Source of the DNA: Sulfurospirillaceae bacterium
GTDB taxonomy: Bacteria > Campylobacterota > Campylobacteria > Campylobacterales > Sulfurospirillaceae
NCBI GenBank assembly: GCA_033723415.1
Contig: JAWVXD010000013.1
Location: 1 to 38,218, forward strand
Reading direction: 5' to 3'
DNA length: 38,218 bases
In this document: positions 30,474-38,218 of the stretch, piece by piece
Position numbering within the stretch: the stretch's first letter is position 1
Layout of the letters: each line of letters opens with the position of its first letter
The notes under the pieces: generated by a model
Database searches by the model: none
Seen by the model: the letters and a program-made list of their open reading frames with translations, nothing else
Told to the model about the DNA's origin: nothing
Made by a program: the position numbers and the translations under genes

Positions 30474-30686
30474 TTATAACTTACGCGTAAAATAGGCAGT
30501 ACTTTTATCTGTCGTATTTTCATTCGGTAAGATTACCGCTTGTGCCGCGATGACGTCTGTCCCGTTGTATGTAACAGAAGGTGAGCCGTAAAGCTGATAA
30601 CCTTCTTCGATCAATTTTGATATTCGCTCACAAAAACTTGAATCATCTTTGCCTGTAATCAGACGATATTTCAACTGTTGGTCCAT
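30474..30686 (-). CDS. DUF1737 domain protein
   Basis: YRLITGKDDSSFCERIS...GYQLYGSP...AAQAV. Confidence 0.85.
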   Translation of the reverse strand: MDQQLKYRLITGKDDSSFCERISKLIEEGYQLYGSPSVTYNGTDVIAAQAVILPNENTTDKSTAYFTRKL

Positions 30687-30816
30687 TTTAAATCCTTTTT
30701 AAAAATTTAATTGAAAGATCTGATAAAATTCTACCCAAAACTTCATCAAAAAGAGACGATTTGATTGTTTATTTTATAATATATTGTATACGTCATGTTA
30801 GATCAAAAATTGCAAC

Positions 30817-31437
30817 TCACCTGGTAAAAGCTGAACGAATCAAACCAAAACCGGCTAGTGCAAATATGCCTGATGTAACTGCCTCGATTCTTCGGCGAAA
30901 ACTTCGATACCAAGTCATCATCCCTTGAATCGAAAACACTACCGAGTACATAGCATTGGTTACAAAACCGACCAAGATACAAACAGCCACGGTGATGACT
31001 AAAGTATAGATATCATCATGCAGATTGATGCCGATGGATAGAGCGGCCATCCATGCTATGACTGATTTTGGATTTGACATGTTGAGCAACAAGCCTCGCA
31101 AAAACCACCTATGATCTTTGAGTACACGTATATCTTCCGCCTCTTTCCTACGAGCGCTGCGAGCTGATGAAAACGCAAGCCAAAACAGATAAAGACCACC
31201 GAGTATTTTGAGGATCATAAGTACATAAAGTGAGCCTTGAAGCACCACGCCCATACCGCTGGCGGCGATCATACCCCAAAATATCAATCCCAGAGAAAGT
31301 CCTGAGCTGTATCTTAGACTCGCACTGCGTCCATAGTTCATCGCTATAGTTGCATTTGAGATGGTAGCAGGTCCAGGAGAAACCGCTATGACAAAAAAGG
31401 CGAATGCTGCTGATGCTAAAGGTAAGGAAGCAAACAT
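30817..31437 (-). CDS. LysE/RhtB family exporter
   Basis: AVSPGPA, LKILGGLYLFWLA, FLRGLLLNMSNPK. Confidence 0.93.
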   Translation of the reverse strand: MFASLPLASAAFAFFVIAVSPGPATISNATIAMNYGRSASLRYSSGLSLGLIFWGMIAASGMGVVLQGSLYVLMILKILGGLYLFWLAFSSARSARRKEAEDIRVLKDHRWFLRGLLLNMSNPKSVIAWMAALSIGINLHDDIYTLVITVAVCILVGFVTNAMYSVVFSIQGMMTWYRSFRRRIEAVTSGIFALAGFGLIRSAFTR

Positions 31438-31584
31438 TTGTACTCCAATAATACTATTTTTGAGTCTAAATCATACCATAATATTTAAGATTATATATCT
31501 ACGACAAGCCTAGCAGGCTACTTCATCACTTTTTTGATTTTCTCTTATTAGTAATTTTATGTTAAAATTCATCTTTCACAAAAG

Positions 31585-32841
31585 ATGGATATAAAAAGGC
31601 GAACTTTGGACATAAACTTTGATGCCATAACAAAACTGTTGAACAGATCTGATGAATTCAAGATTAATAGCCTTCTCTATAAAATACAAGGTGATGCCCT
31701 AAAAGATATTATCTCGTCTTTGCACTCTGCAAAAATCCCAAAACAATATCTAACTTATAAAGAATTATTAAGAGAAAAGATCGAATTAAAATTTCAATTA
31801 AAAACAAAAGATACGATACTGTTTTTTGACGATATGATTTATGTTAAAAAGTTTTTACAAGTAGAATCTAAAGACCAGCAAGAAAGAAGATCATGCGGAA
31901 TTCCCGCAGAGGTATTGCAAGAGTATAAAGCAAAATATTTCAAAGATGATTCTCATAAAGAGATCATCTTCCGTTTGCTTGTTTCAGCTATGGAAGATAC
32001 GCTTAGCTATAAAAGGATAGATCCTTTACAATTCAATAAACTATTTATACCTGTTTTTATCAATATATTTGAGATTTTGCTTATAGAAAATACTGATTTG
32101 AACGATGAAGTCAGCATCAAGGGATTTGGGCTGTATCTTTTACGAGAGATGTTTGATGAGATTATGTTATATATCGCGGAAGATATACTATTTAATTTTT
32201 CAAATCACGATAGAAAAGCGATAGAGTTTTTAAGTTTTTTTAGTGTAAATGATACGATAGATGCAAAAGGTGTGAGGCACAAGTCAAAACCTATACTTGA
32301 TGAAAGTAACAATGCATGGAACATAACAACTATTAGATCTATCATGGTTCAGCACATAAAAGCAAAACAAGACCTATATGATAAGAAGAATGCTCTGGTT
32401 GCGATAAATAAAAAGCTTGATTCTTTCTCTCATTCTTTGATGGAATTAACTCAAAAAATCAAAGCTAAAGATTTAAATTATGATGAGATAGATAACAAAA
32501 TTGAAAATATAAAACACACATTACGAAAAACGGAAGAATCAGATAGCCCAACTGTAAAGTATGTGGAAGACGGTGTTGAAAAAGTTCTCGAAAAAAAACT
32601 GCTTACTACCAAATTGTTCAAAAAAGAAGATGAACTTTTGCTTGAGCAGCATGCCTTGAAAAAAGAGATCGATGTATTAGGTCTGCAAGTAGAGAATAAG
32701 AAAAAAGAGGTAGCGACTTGGCAAAAAAAGTACAATGAAGCAAAAGAAGCACTGAGACTTCTAGAAACCAAGGGTCACCCTATAGATGAACTCTACACCA
32801 GAATCAAAAAAGCACTCGCCAAAACTTTGACGATGAGATAA
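31585..32841 (+). CDS. Hypothetical protein with a long C-terminal coiled coil
   Basis: 418-aa ORF; K/E/L-rich heptad-like C-terminal half. Confidence 0.75.
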   Translation: MDIKRRTLDINFDAITKLLNRSDEFKINSLLYKIQGDALKDIISSLHSAKIPKQYLTYKELLREKIELKFQLKTKDTILFFDDMIYVKKFLQVESKDQQERRSCGIPAEVLQEYKAKYFKDDSHKEIIFRLLVSAMEDTLSYKRIDPLQFNKLFIPVFINIFEILLIENTDLNDEVSIKGFGLYLLREMFDEIMLYIAEDILFNFSNHDRKAIEFLSFFSVNDTIDAKGVRHKSKPILDESNNAWNITTIRSIMVQHIKAKQDLYDKKNALVAINKKLDSFSHSLMELTQKIKAKDLNYDEIDNKIENIKHTLRKTEESDSPTVKYVEDGVEKVLEKKLLTTKLFKKEDELLLEQHALKKEIDVLGLQVENKKKEVATWQKKYNEAKEALRLLETKGHPIDELYTRIKKALAKTLTMR

Positions 32842-32906
32842 ATACCAGGAAACCCCACTCACCGACCAAGACTTGGTCGAACTCGTCATGAAGAGATATG
32901 GCATCT

Positions 32907-32976
32907 AATCGAAAAATTACCCCCCCTGCTTCTCAATATTTTTATACTTTTCAACCCAAAGATAGACTAGTTCCAT
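32907..32976 (-). pseudogene. 5' remnant of an ABC/AAA_21-type ATPase gene
   Basis: ATG at 32976 reads MELVYLWVEKYKNIEKQGG*, with NFS following in a shifted frame after a G7 run; resembles the MELVYLWVE.YKNI..QGFNFS N-terminus I recall from Campylobacterota ATPases; has its own TGCTATAAT promoter. Confidence 0.6.
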
Positions 32977-32998
32977 TTGTTTTTCAAAGCTTTAGAAT

Positions 32999-33018
32999 TT
33001 TCAAATCATTATAGCAAA
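32999..33018 (-). repeat. Left copy of a 20-bp direct repeat containing an extended -10 box
   Basis: TTTCAAATCATTATAGCAAA; 19/20 identical to 35933-35952; reads TGCTATAAT on the minus strand. Confidence 0.7.
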
Positions 33019-33064
33019 ATGCAGGGATAAAATTTTCCTCAAACCACCTTTGATCTTTTTACGC

Positions 33065-33220
33065 ATAGTTTTCTCTAGATATTTTTTCTATGTATCACTT
33101 TGGATCTAAAAAATCAAAAACTTGGCTTTCTGTCACAACAATATCAATATCAAATGATTTTCTATTATGAAAATGAAATATAGATAAAGCAGTTCCACCT
33201 CCAAAAATTCACCAGTTTTT
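33065..33220 (-). pseudogene. Decayed AbiEii/AbiGii-type nucleotidyltransferase fragment
   Basis: Minus frame reads NW*IFGGGTALSIFHFHNRKSFDIDIVVTESQVFDFLDPK*YIEKIS; GGTAL...RxSxDxD catalytic signature interrupted by in-frame stops. Confidence 0.75.
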
Positions 33221-33367
33221 TTAGACTTACATGTCGCTAGATAGGTTTGATAAGCTTATAATAAACACTATCGCTTCTTCCAAGGATAAGAAGAAAATTT
33301 ATAAAATGGTGTGAATTGAAAAAATAAACTCAGCCATTTATAACTATATATTAGTCAAAATCTGTAT

Positions 33368-34534
33368 TTATTTTTCAATTTTTATACCACTTTTTTGTAA
33401 CAAATCTCTATATAGCATTGATTCACCACTTGAACCTGGTTTATAATTGTCTGGTGTAAAATCTTCATCATTAATATTTATTTTGTTTAAAACTGTCAAA
33501 AACTGCTCTTTTGAGAGAACATCTCCAAAAGTTCCAAGATGTAGATATAATGGCTTTAAAAAGCGCATCAAAGCTTTAAAACCATTTGTTTTATTTAGGA
33601 TTAACCCTTGACCATTAAATTCCCATGCTACATTCCATCTTTCTCGTACAGCATCAAAATAATTCCAAATAATATCTGTAATTTCTAAATCTTTTTCTTC
33701 AATAAATAGATTTCTGAATATTGTTTTTTCAAGCTTATTTCTGTCTTTTTCCAATGGAGGTTTTTCACCTTTTAAATATATCGTTCTATCATTTCCTGCA
33801 TCAAGTGTTATGTATTTTAATAATGCTTCAACAAATGTTGCTTGCGTAAGAGTTTCATTCAGACGCCCTTTTGTTGCACTTCCAAGTCGTTTGATCCGTT
33901 GATAGAAAGGACTTTTTTCATGTTGATCAAGGGCAACAGCGATATTATGACAGAGTTTTTGAGGACTTCTTGCTTTTGCTAAATCATAAAGATCGTAAAC
34001 TAAACTTTTATTGACTTTTGTTTGAGCTAAATTTACAGTTGAAAATAAAAAAGCTTCTTCCGCAATATCTATATCAACAAAGATACTAACATTTATCTCA
34101 AAATCACCATTTGTATATTCTCTTAATCCTTCTATACGATGTTGTCCATCTAGAACTTTTGCAATGCGATCTACATCAATATTATTTGCAAAATCTTCAT
34201 CATCTCTGTAGTTTTTCAAAATCATTTGATTTTTGGATTCATCAAACTCTGCACATTTACTACTAATAGATAAGATTACAGCTGTTGGGAAACAAGCATC
34301 AGGTGATTTTGTATATTGAATAATTTCTTTTACTCGTTTTTCTTGAAGAGGTCTTTGTATCCCCAAATAAGATTCAAATCCTCGCTCTTCTCCTTCTATT
34401 CTTCTGACATCTGAGAATGTTATTTCTCGCAAAATTTTAGAGTTTATAGAAGCAATATAAAATTCACCAATAGGCTGTGTTACTTTAATACAAGGTACTA
34501 TTTTTTCAAATGGATAGACGATATTTTGTTGCAT
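33368..34534 (-). CDS. DGQHR domain (DndB-like, ParB/Srx fold) protein
   Basis: GIQRPLQEKRVKEI, FPTAVILS, VLDGQHRIEG, FSTVNLAQTKVNKSL. Confidence 0.93.
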   Translation of the reverse strand: MQQNIVYPFEKIVPCIKVTQPIGEFYIASINSKILREITFSDVRRIEGEERGFESYLGIQRPLQEKRVKEIIQYTKSPDACFPTAVILSISSKCAEFDESKNQMILKNYRDDEDFANNIDVDRIAKVLDGQHRIEGLREYTNGDFEINVSIFVDIDIAEEAFLFSTVNLAQTKVNKSLVYDLYDLAKARSPQKLCHNIAVALDQHEKSPFYQRIKRLGSATKGRLNETLTQATFVEALLKYITLDAGNDRTIYLKGEKPPLEKDRNKLEKTIFRNLFIEEKDLEITDIIWNYFDAVRERWNVAWEFNGQGLILNKTNGFKALMRFLKPLYLHLGTFGDVLSKEQFLTVLNKININDEDFTPDNYKPGSSGESMLYRDLLQKSGIKIEK

Positions 34535-34544
34535 TTTTATTCCT

Positions 34545-35045
34545 TCATCTGTGTTTATTAACTTGTTCTAAAAAATCATTTTCACTATTGCGCATAGTAT
34601 TTGATGGATCTGGCATTAAGCTATTATGAATTACTAGAGCAAAATACATAATTACAACAGAAGTTATATAAAAACCTATTGAAACATTTATCCAAGGTTG
34701 ATTTATAGTCATATTGTTTGTTCTCTGAGATATTATAATTATTGTTTCAAAAATCGTAATTATTAAAGTTACCCAAATAAAGAAATGTTTAAAATAAAAA
34801 CGTTTATTTTCTTCTCTATCCTTTATTGCTAAATAAAAAATTGGAGCTAATGTAGTTGCAGCATAAATAAATAATTCACCATTATGTACTAACAGAAAAA
34901 ACCTATCTAAAGAAAAAATATCACTTGTTTTAGAAGATAAAAAGAAATATAAACCCCATAATGGTAATGTAGAAATCATCAACGAATAAAACAGCTCAAT
35001 AAAAGAGTTTTTAAAAATTTGGAAATTAACATTCAGGTCTTGCAT
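34545..35045 (-). CDS. Four-TM membrane protein, candidate effector
   Basis: 166 aa with four hydrophobic segments; sits between dam (3-nt gap) and the DGQHR gene (10-nt gap). Confidence 0.85.
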   Translation of the reverse strand: MQDLNVNFQIFKNSFIELFYSLMISTLPLWGLYFFLSSKTSDIFSLDRFFLLVHNGELFIYAATTLAPIFYLAIKDREENKRFYFKHFFIWVTLIITIFETIIIISQRTNNMTINQPWINVSIGFYITSVVIMYFALVIHNSLMPDPSNTMRNSENDFLEQVNKHR

Positions 35046-35048
35046 ACT

Positions 35049-35852
35049 TTATCCTTGAATTAAATATTCTTTGCTTTTCCCTCTAGCGTTCGCATTACCT
35101 GCTATCACGCTATGCCTTTCAACAGTTGTAATATGAAAATCTTTTTCATATAATTCTCGAATTGATTGGTGATGTGCATTAGTTAACATAATTTTCACTC
35201 CTCGTAATTTAGCTTCTAATAATATGTGATGCAATCTTTCTTGGTCACTCCATTCAAATAATACTTCATTGTACTTAACAAAACCATTGTTATCATGTTT
35301 AACAGTATAAGGTGGATCAACAAAAAGAAAATCATCTTCTTTTGCCATGGCAATTGTTTGTTCAAAATCTAAATTTAAAATTTTTGTATTTTTCAAACGA
35401 TTAGAGATTTCTTGAAAATTATCACTATTTAATATTACATTTGTTTTTGTACCTATTGGCACGTTAAACTCGCCTTTTTTATTTACCCTGTATAGTCCAT
35501 TCCAACAAGTTCTATTTAAATATATAAATTTTGCAGCTGATGTAAAAATAGATTTCGTTTTTTTTGATCTCATGTAATAATAAAAATCCCTATTATGTTT
35601 TGTATGATACTTAATTAATAATTTTTCTACTTTTCCCCAATCTTCTTGAATAGCTTTATATGTATTTATCAGGTCTGTATTCATATCAGAGATAATTGCT
35701 TGTTTTGGATTTTTATTAAAATATACAGCCCCACCTCCAACAAATGGTTCTATATAATTATTAAATTTTTCTGGAAAAAGATTAGCATAATTTACAGTTA
35801 ACCACCTCTTCCCTCCAGCCCATTTTAAAAATGGAACGAGGTTTGTATTCAT
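35049..35852 (-). CDS. Dam-family (D12 class) N6-adenine DNA methyltransferase, with no cognate endonuclease in the window
   Basis: PFLKWAGGK, YIEPFVGGGAV, FIYLNRTCWNGLYRVNKKGEFNVP, FVDPPY; ATG at 35852 downstream of AAGGAG (alternative TTG at 35876). Confidence 0.94.
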   Translation of the reverse strand: MNTNLVPFLKWAGGKRWLTVNYANLFPEKFNNYIEPFVGGGAVYFNKNPKQAIISDMNTDLINTYKAIQEDWGKVEKLLIKYHTKHNRDFYYYMRSKKTKSIFTSAAKFIYLNRTCWNGLYRVNKKGEFNVPIGTKTNVILNSDNFQEISNRLKNTKILNLDFEQTIAMAKEDDFLFVDPPYTVKHDNNGFVKYNEVLFEWSDQERLHHILLEAKLRGVKIMLTNAHHQSIRELYEKDFHITTVERHSVIAGNANARGKSKEYLIQG

Positions 35853-35932
35853 GTATTGAGATATCTCCTTATCCAACTTAAATTAACTATCTTTTATCTA
35901 TTTCAACCAGTTTTATAGCTTTATAAATTTTA

Positions 35933-35952
35933 TTTCAAATCATTATACCAAA
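35933..35952 (-). promoter_or_regulatory. Probable promoter (extended -10) of the dam-4TM-DGQHR operon; right copy of the 20-bp direct repeat
   Basis: Minus strand TTTGGTATAATGATTTGAAA (TGnTATAAT). Confidence 0.65.
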
Positions 35953-35990
35953 TTAGAAAAAGAAAATTTAATTTTTGCTAAAAATTTAGA

Positions 35991-36128
35991 TTATTTTTCT
36001 AAGTCGCAATACTCAATCGTCAATCCACTTGACACATCTTCCTTTTTTATGTCATTTTTTCCAAGATAAAGGATCTTTAGTTTTCTGAGACGCTGAGGTA
36101 GTTTAAGTTTGTGCCAGAAGTGTTCCAC
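35991..36128 (-). pseudogene. Possible 3' remnant of an LRR gene
   Basis: Reads VEHFWHKLKLPQRLRKLKILYLGKNDIKKEDVSSGLTIEYCDLEK*; contains one LxxLxxLxLxxNxI unit; no RBS. Confidence 0.4.
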
Positions 36129-36179
36129 TAGTTTTTAGTTGTTTTGTGTTTTAGATCGTTTCGAATCAAGCTATCCCAT

Positions 36180-37838
36180 TCATGGCTCTTTGATAGCTTC
36201 TTTTGCGTAAGATATGGCAATGTCAAATCTTTTAAAGACATGACCTTCTCCTATCAGATCGATCACTCCGTGTTTTTTAAGATCTTTGTATACTTTGTCA
36301 TTGCATCCTGACATCATGACGACTACTCCGAGATCTCTGAGTGCTTTGATCGTTCCTTGAAGATTGTGCAAAGCAGTAGAGTCGATAAAGGGCACATGAC
36401 GCATCCTGATGATCAAAACTTTACTGGTGTATCCGATAGTAGAAATCGTCTCAGCGTACTGTTTAGCAGAAGCAAAGAACAGTGGTCCTCCGATCTCATA
36501 AACTGCTATCTTGTCTGAAAAACTGGAATAATCACTGATAGCATCCATCTCTTCATCATCTTCGGGCAAAGTATTTGTGTTGATATCAGCCATCCTTTTC
36601 ATGAAAAGAAGTGCAGATAAAACCACACCGACTTCGATCGCCACGGTCAGATCTACTAGAACCGTCAAGAAAAATGTGCTTAGAAGTACTACGGAATCAA
36701 ACGGTGAGCCTTTTAGTATCGAGACAAACGAACGCCATTCGCTCATGTTGTAAGAAACCACGATCAAAATACCAGCCAATACGGACATCGGTATCAGTTT
36801 TGCATAGTCTATAAAAAACATCATGATCAAAAACAAGACGACTGCGTGCGTCATGCCTGCGATCGGAGTCCTTCCACCGTTTTTGACATTTGTCGCTGTT
36901 CTTGCGATCGCTCCGGTCGCGGGGATACCTCCAAAGAAAGGTGCCACGATGTTCGCTATACCTTGAGCTACCAACTCTGTATTTGAGCGGTGATGACCTC
37001 CTATCATACCATCGGCAACTACCGCTGAGAGAAGTGACTCGATGCTTCCCAAAAGTGCGATGACAAGTGCCGGGGCGAGATAATGTGAAAGATCGGAAAA
37101 CTGAACATCCGGTATAGAAAAAGCGATATGGCTAGAAATCGTTCCAAAAAAGGTCTCTATCGTAGTAACAGGCAGGTGAAAGATCTGTACGATTGACGTC
37201 ATGACAAGAATAGCGATAAAAGAACCCGGTATCTTTGTAGTGATATACTTGGAATAAATGCCGATCAAGATCGTGATCAGAGTCACTGCCACGGCATACA
37301 GATTGATATCTCCAAGGTGCGTGAAATAGACGATCCATTTTGCTATAAATTCTGATGGAAGTTTGTTGATATTCAGACCCAAAGCATCTTTGATCTGTGT
37401 CGATAAGATAACCAAAGCGATCCCGCTTGTAAACCCGACTATCAAAGGATGAGGAAAATACTTAAGCAGTGCTCCGAGTTTGAGAACACCAAAGATGATC
37501 AAGATGACACCTGCCATGATCGTGGAAATCATCAGTCCTTTGATCCCGTACTGCTGTACGATTCCAAAAACTATGACGATGAACGCTCCGGTAGGTCCGC
37601 CTATTTGAACACGACTGCCTCCAAATGCAGAGATGATAAATCCTGCGATTATCGCTGTGATCATACCCTTTTCAGGAGATACGCCACTCGCAACGGCAAA
37701 AGCGATCGCAAGTGGCAGTGCGACGATACCTACGATGATACCTGCTAAGATATCCGATACGATCTGTTCTTTTGTAAAACCGCTTTTAAATAACGTCAAT
37801 AATTTCGGCTTAAATATATGTGCCATTTGTTTTTCCAT
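36180..37838 (-). CDS. sulP: SulP/SLC26 anion permease with STAS domain
   Basis: DILAGIIVGIVALPLAIAFA, GGSRVQIGGPTGA, GAIARTATN, C-terminal STAS (GPLFFASA, VPFIDSTAL). Confidence 0.95.
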   Translation of the reverse strand: MEKQMAHIFKPKLLTLFKSGFTKEQIVSDILAGIIVGIVALPLAIAFAVASGVSPEKGMITAIIAGFIISAFGGSRVQIGGPTGAFIVIVFGIVQQYGIKGLMISTIMAGVILIIFGVLKLGALLKYFPHPLIVGFTSGIALVILSTQIKDALGLNINKLPSEFIAKWIVYFTHLGDINLYAVAVTLITILIGIYSKYITTKIPGSFIAILVMTSIVQIFHLPVTTIETFFGTISSHIAFSIPDVQFSDLSHYLAPALVIALLGSIESLLSAVVADGMIGGHHRSNTELVAQGIANIVAPFFGGIPATGAIARTATNVKNGGRTPIAGMTHAVVLFLIMMFFIDYAKLIPMSVLAGILIVVSYNMSEWRSFVSILKGSPFDSVVLLSTFFLTVLVDLTVAIEVGVVLSALLFMKRMADINTNTLPEDDEEMDAISDYSSFSDKIAVYEIGGPLFFASAKQYAETISTIGYTSKVLIIRMRHVPFIDSTALHNLQGTIKALRDLGVVVMMSGCNDKVYKDLKKHGVIDLIGEGHVFKRFDIAISYAKEAIKEP

Positions 37839-37984
37839 CCGCTTATGTTATAGATTTTAAAATGCAGGCTATTTGGCAGTCCTGCTGTTTCAATGCTTAG
37901 ACTATAAAGGCAATAAAATAAAATTATATGAGTTCGGTGGTAGTGCCATCGGACGTAAAGGCTATATTAATATTTAGAGATGAA

Positions 37985-37993
37985 ATTATAGCA
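37985..37993 (-). promoter_or_regulatory. Extended -10 box upstream of sulP
   Basis: TGCTATAAT on the minus strand about 150 nt upstream of the start codon. Confidence 0.5.
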
Positions 37994-38093
37994 CAATGAC
38001 GTAAAAAATGTGTTTAGCATAAAGTGGTGAGAAGAAAAGAGAGTCTCTAAAACTATGAATATCAACTCTCTTTAATAATTTTTAGAGTTAAAT

Positions 38094-38218
38094 CTAGCAG
38101 ATAACCACAGATTTGATCTGAGTATATTCTTCTTCAAGGGCATGTTTTGGTCCCTCTTTGCCGATACCGCTATCTTTCACGCCGCCATATGGCTGTATAT
38201 CAAAGCGTAATGTCGGAA
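38094..38218 (-). CDS. Aldehyde dehydrogenase family protein, 3' end (partial)
   Basis: Manual translation: [40 protein letters not shown]. Confidence 0.9.
   Translation of the reverse strand, partial: PTLRFDIQPYGGVKDSGIGKEGPKHALEEEYTQIKSVVIC

Noticed and set aside
32920..32926. Functional phase-variable poly-G switch
   Set aside because: The corrected frame ends within a few codons, so no full gene can be switched on.
33368..34534. dndB of a phosphorothioation cluster
   Set aside because: No dndA/C/D/E or ssp genes adjacent; the context is an MTase plus a membrane protein.
34545..35876. Classical type II (DpnII/MboI-like) restriction-modification pair
   Set aside because: Neither neighbour of the MTase shows PD-(D/E)xK or HNH nuclease features; one is a 4-TM protein.
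1238..37860. Numerous short antisense or overlapping ORFs in the track (e.g. 1238-1711, 3440-3829, 13290-13580, 23200-23544, 37449-37748)
   Set aside because: They lie within well-supported genes on the opposite strand or in another frame and show no motifs.
37895..37955. Fluoride riboswitch upstream of sulP
   Set aside because: GATGGCA...TGCC is present, but the P1 stem and the conserved (U/G)AUG..CUAC 3' element are not.

Overview
AT-rich bacterial chromosomal window. Gene content and TGnTATAAT promoters suggest Campylobacterota (Sulfurospirillum/Sulfurimonas-like); this is inference. From left to right it contains: the 5' part of an LRR-protein gene built from 69-bp tandem repeats (missed by the ORF track); a hypothetical gene; a membrane-anchored protein with a duplicated PA14-like module; a soluble ClpB-D2/FtsH-like AAA-M41 protease with degenerate ATPase motifs; alr; and a complete complex I carrying true NuoE/NuoF, split into two convergent blocks (nuoA-B-CD-E-F forward, nuoG-N reversed, bounded by a 9-bp inverted repeat). 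Next come yceI, ovoA, a pentaheme lipoprotein cytochrome c, a haem-binding protein, several transporters and a coiled-coil protein. Near the right end is an AT-rich defence-like island: a tight operon of Dam-family methyltransferase, 4-TM protein and DGQHR (DndB-like) protein, bracketed by a 20-bp promoter direct repeat and surrounded by decayed AbiEii, ATPase and LRR gene remnants. The window ends with sulP and the 3' end of an aldehyde dehydrogenase. The Dam/4TM/DGQHR operon is the best candidate for an undescribed system.
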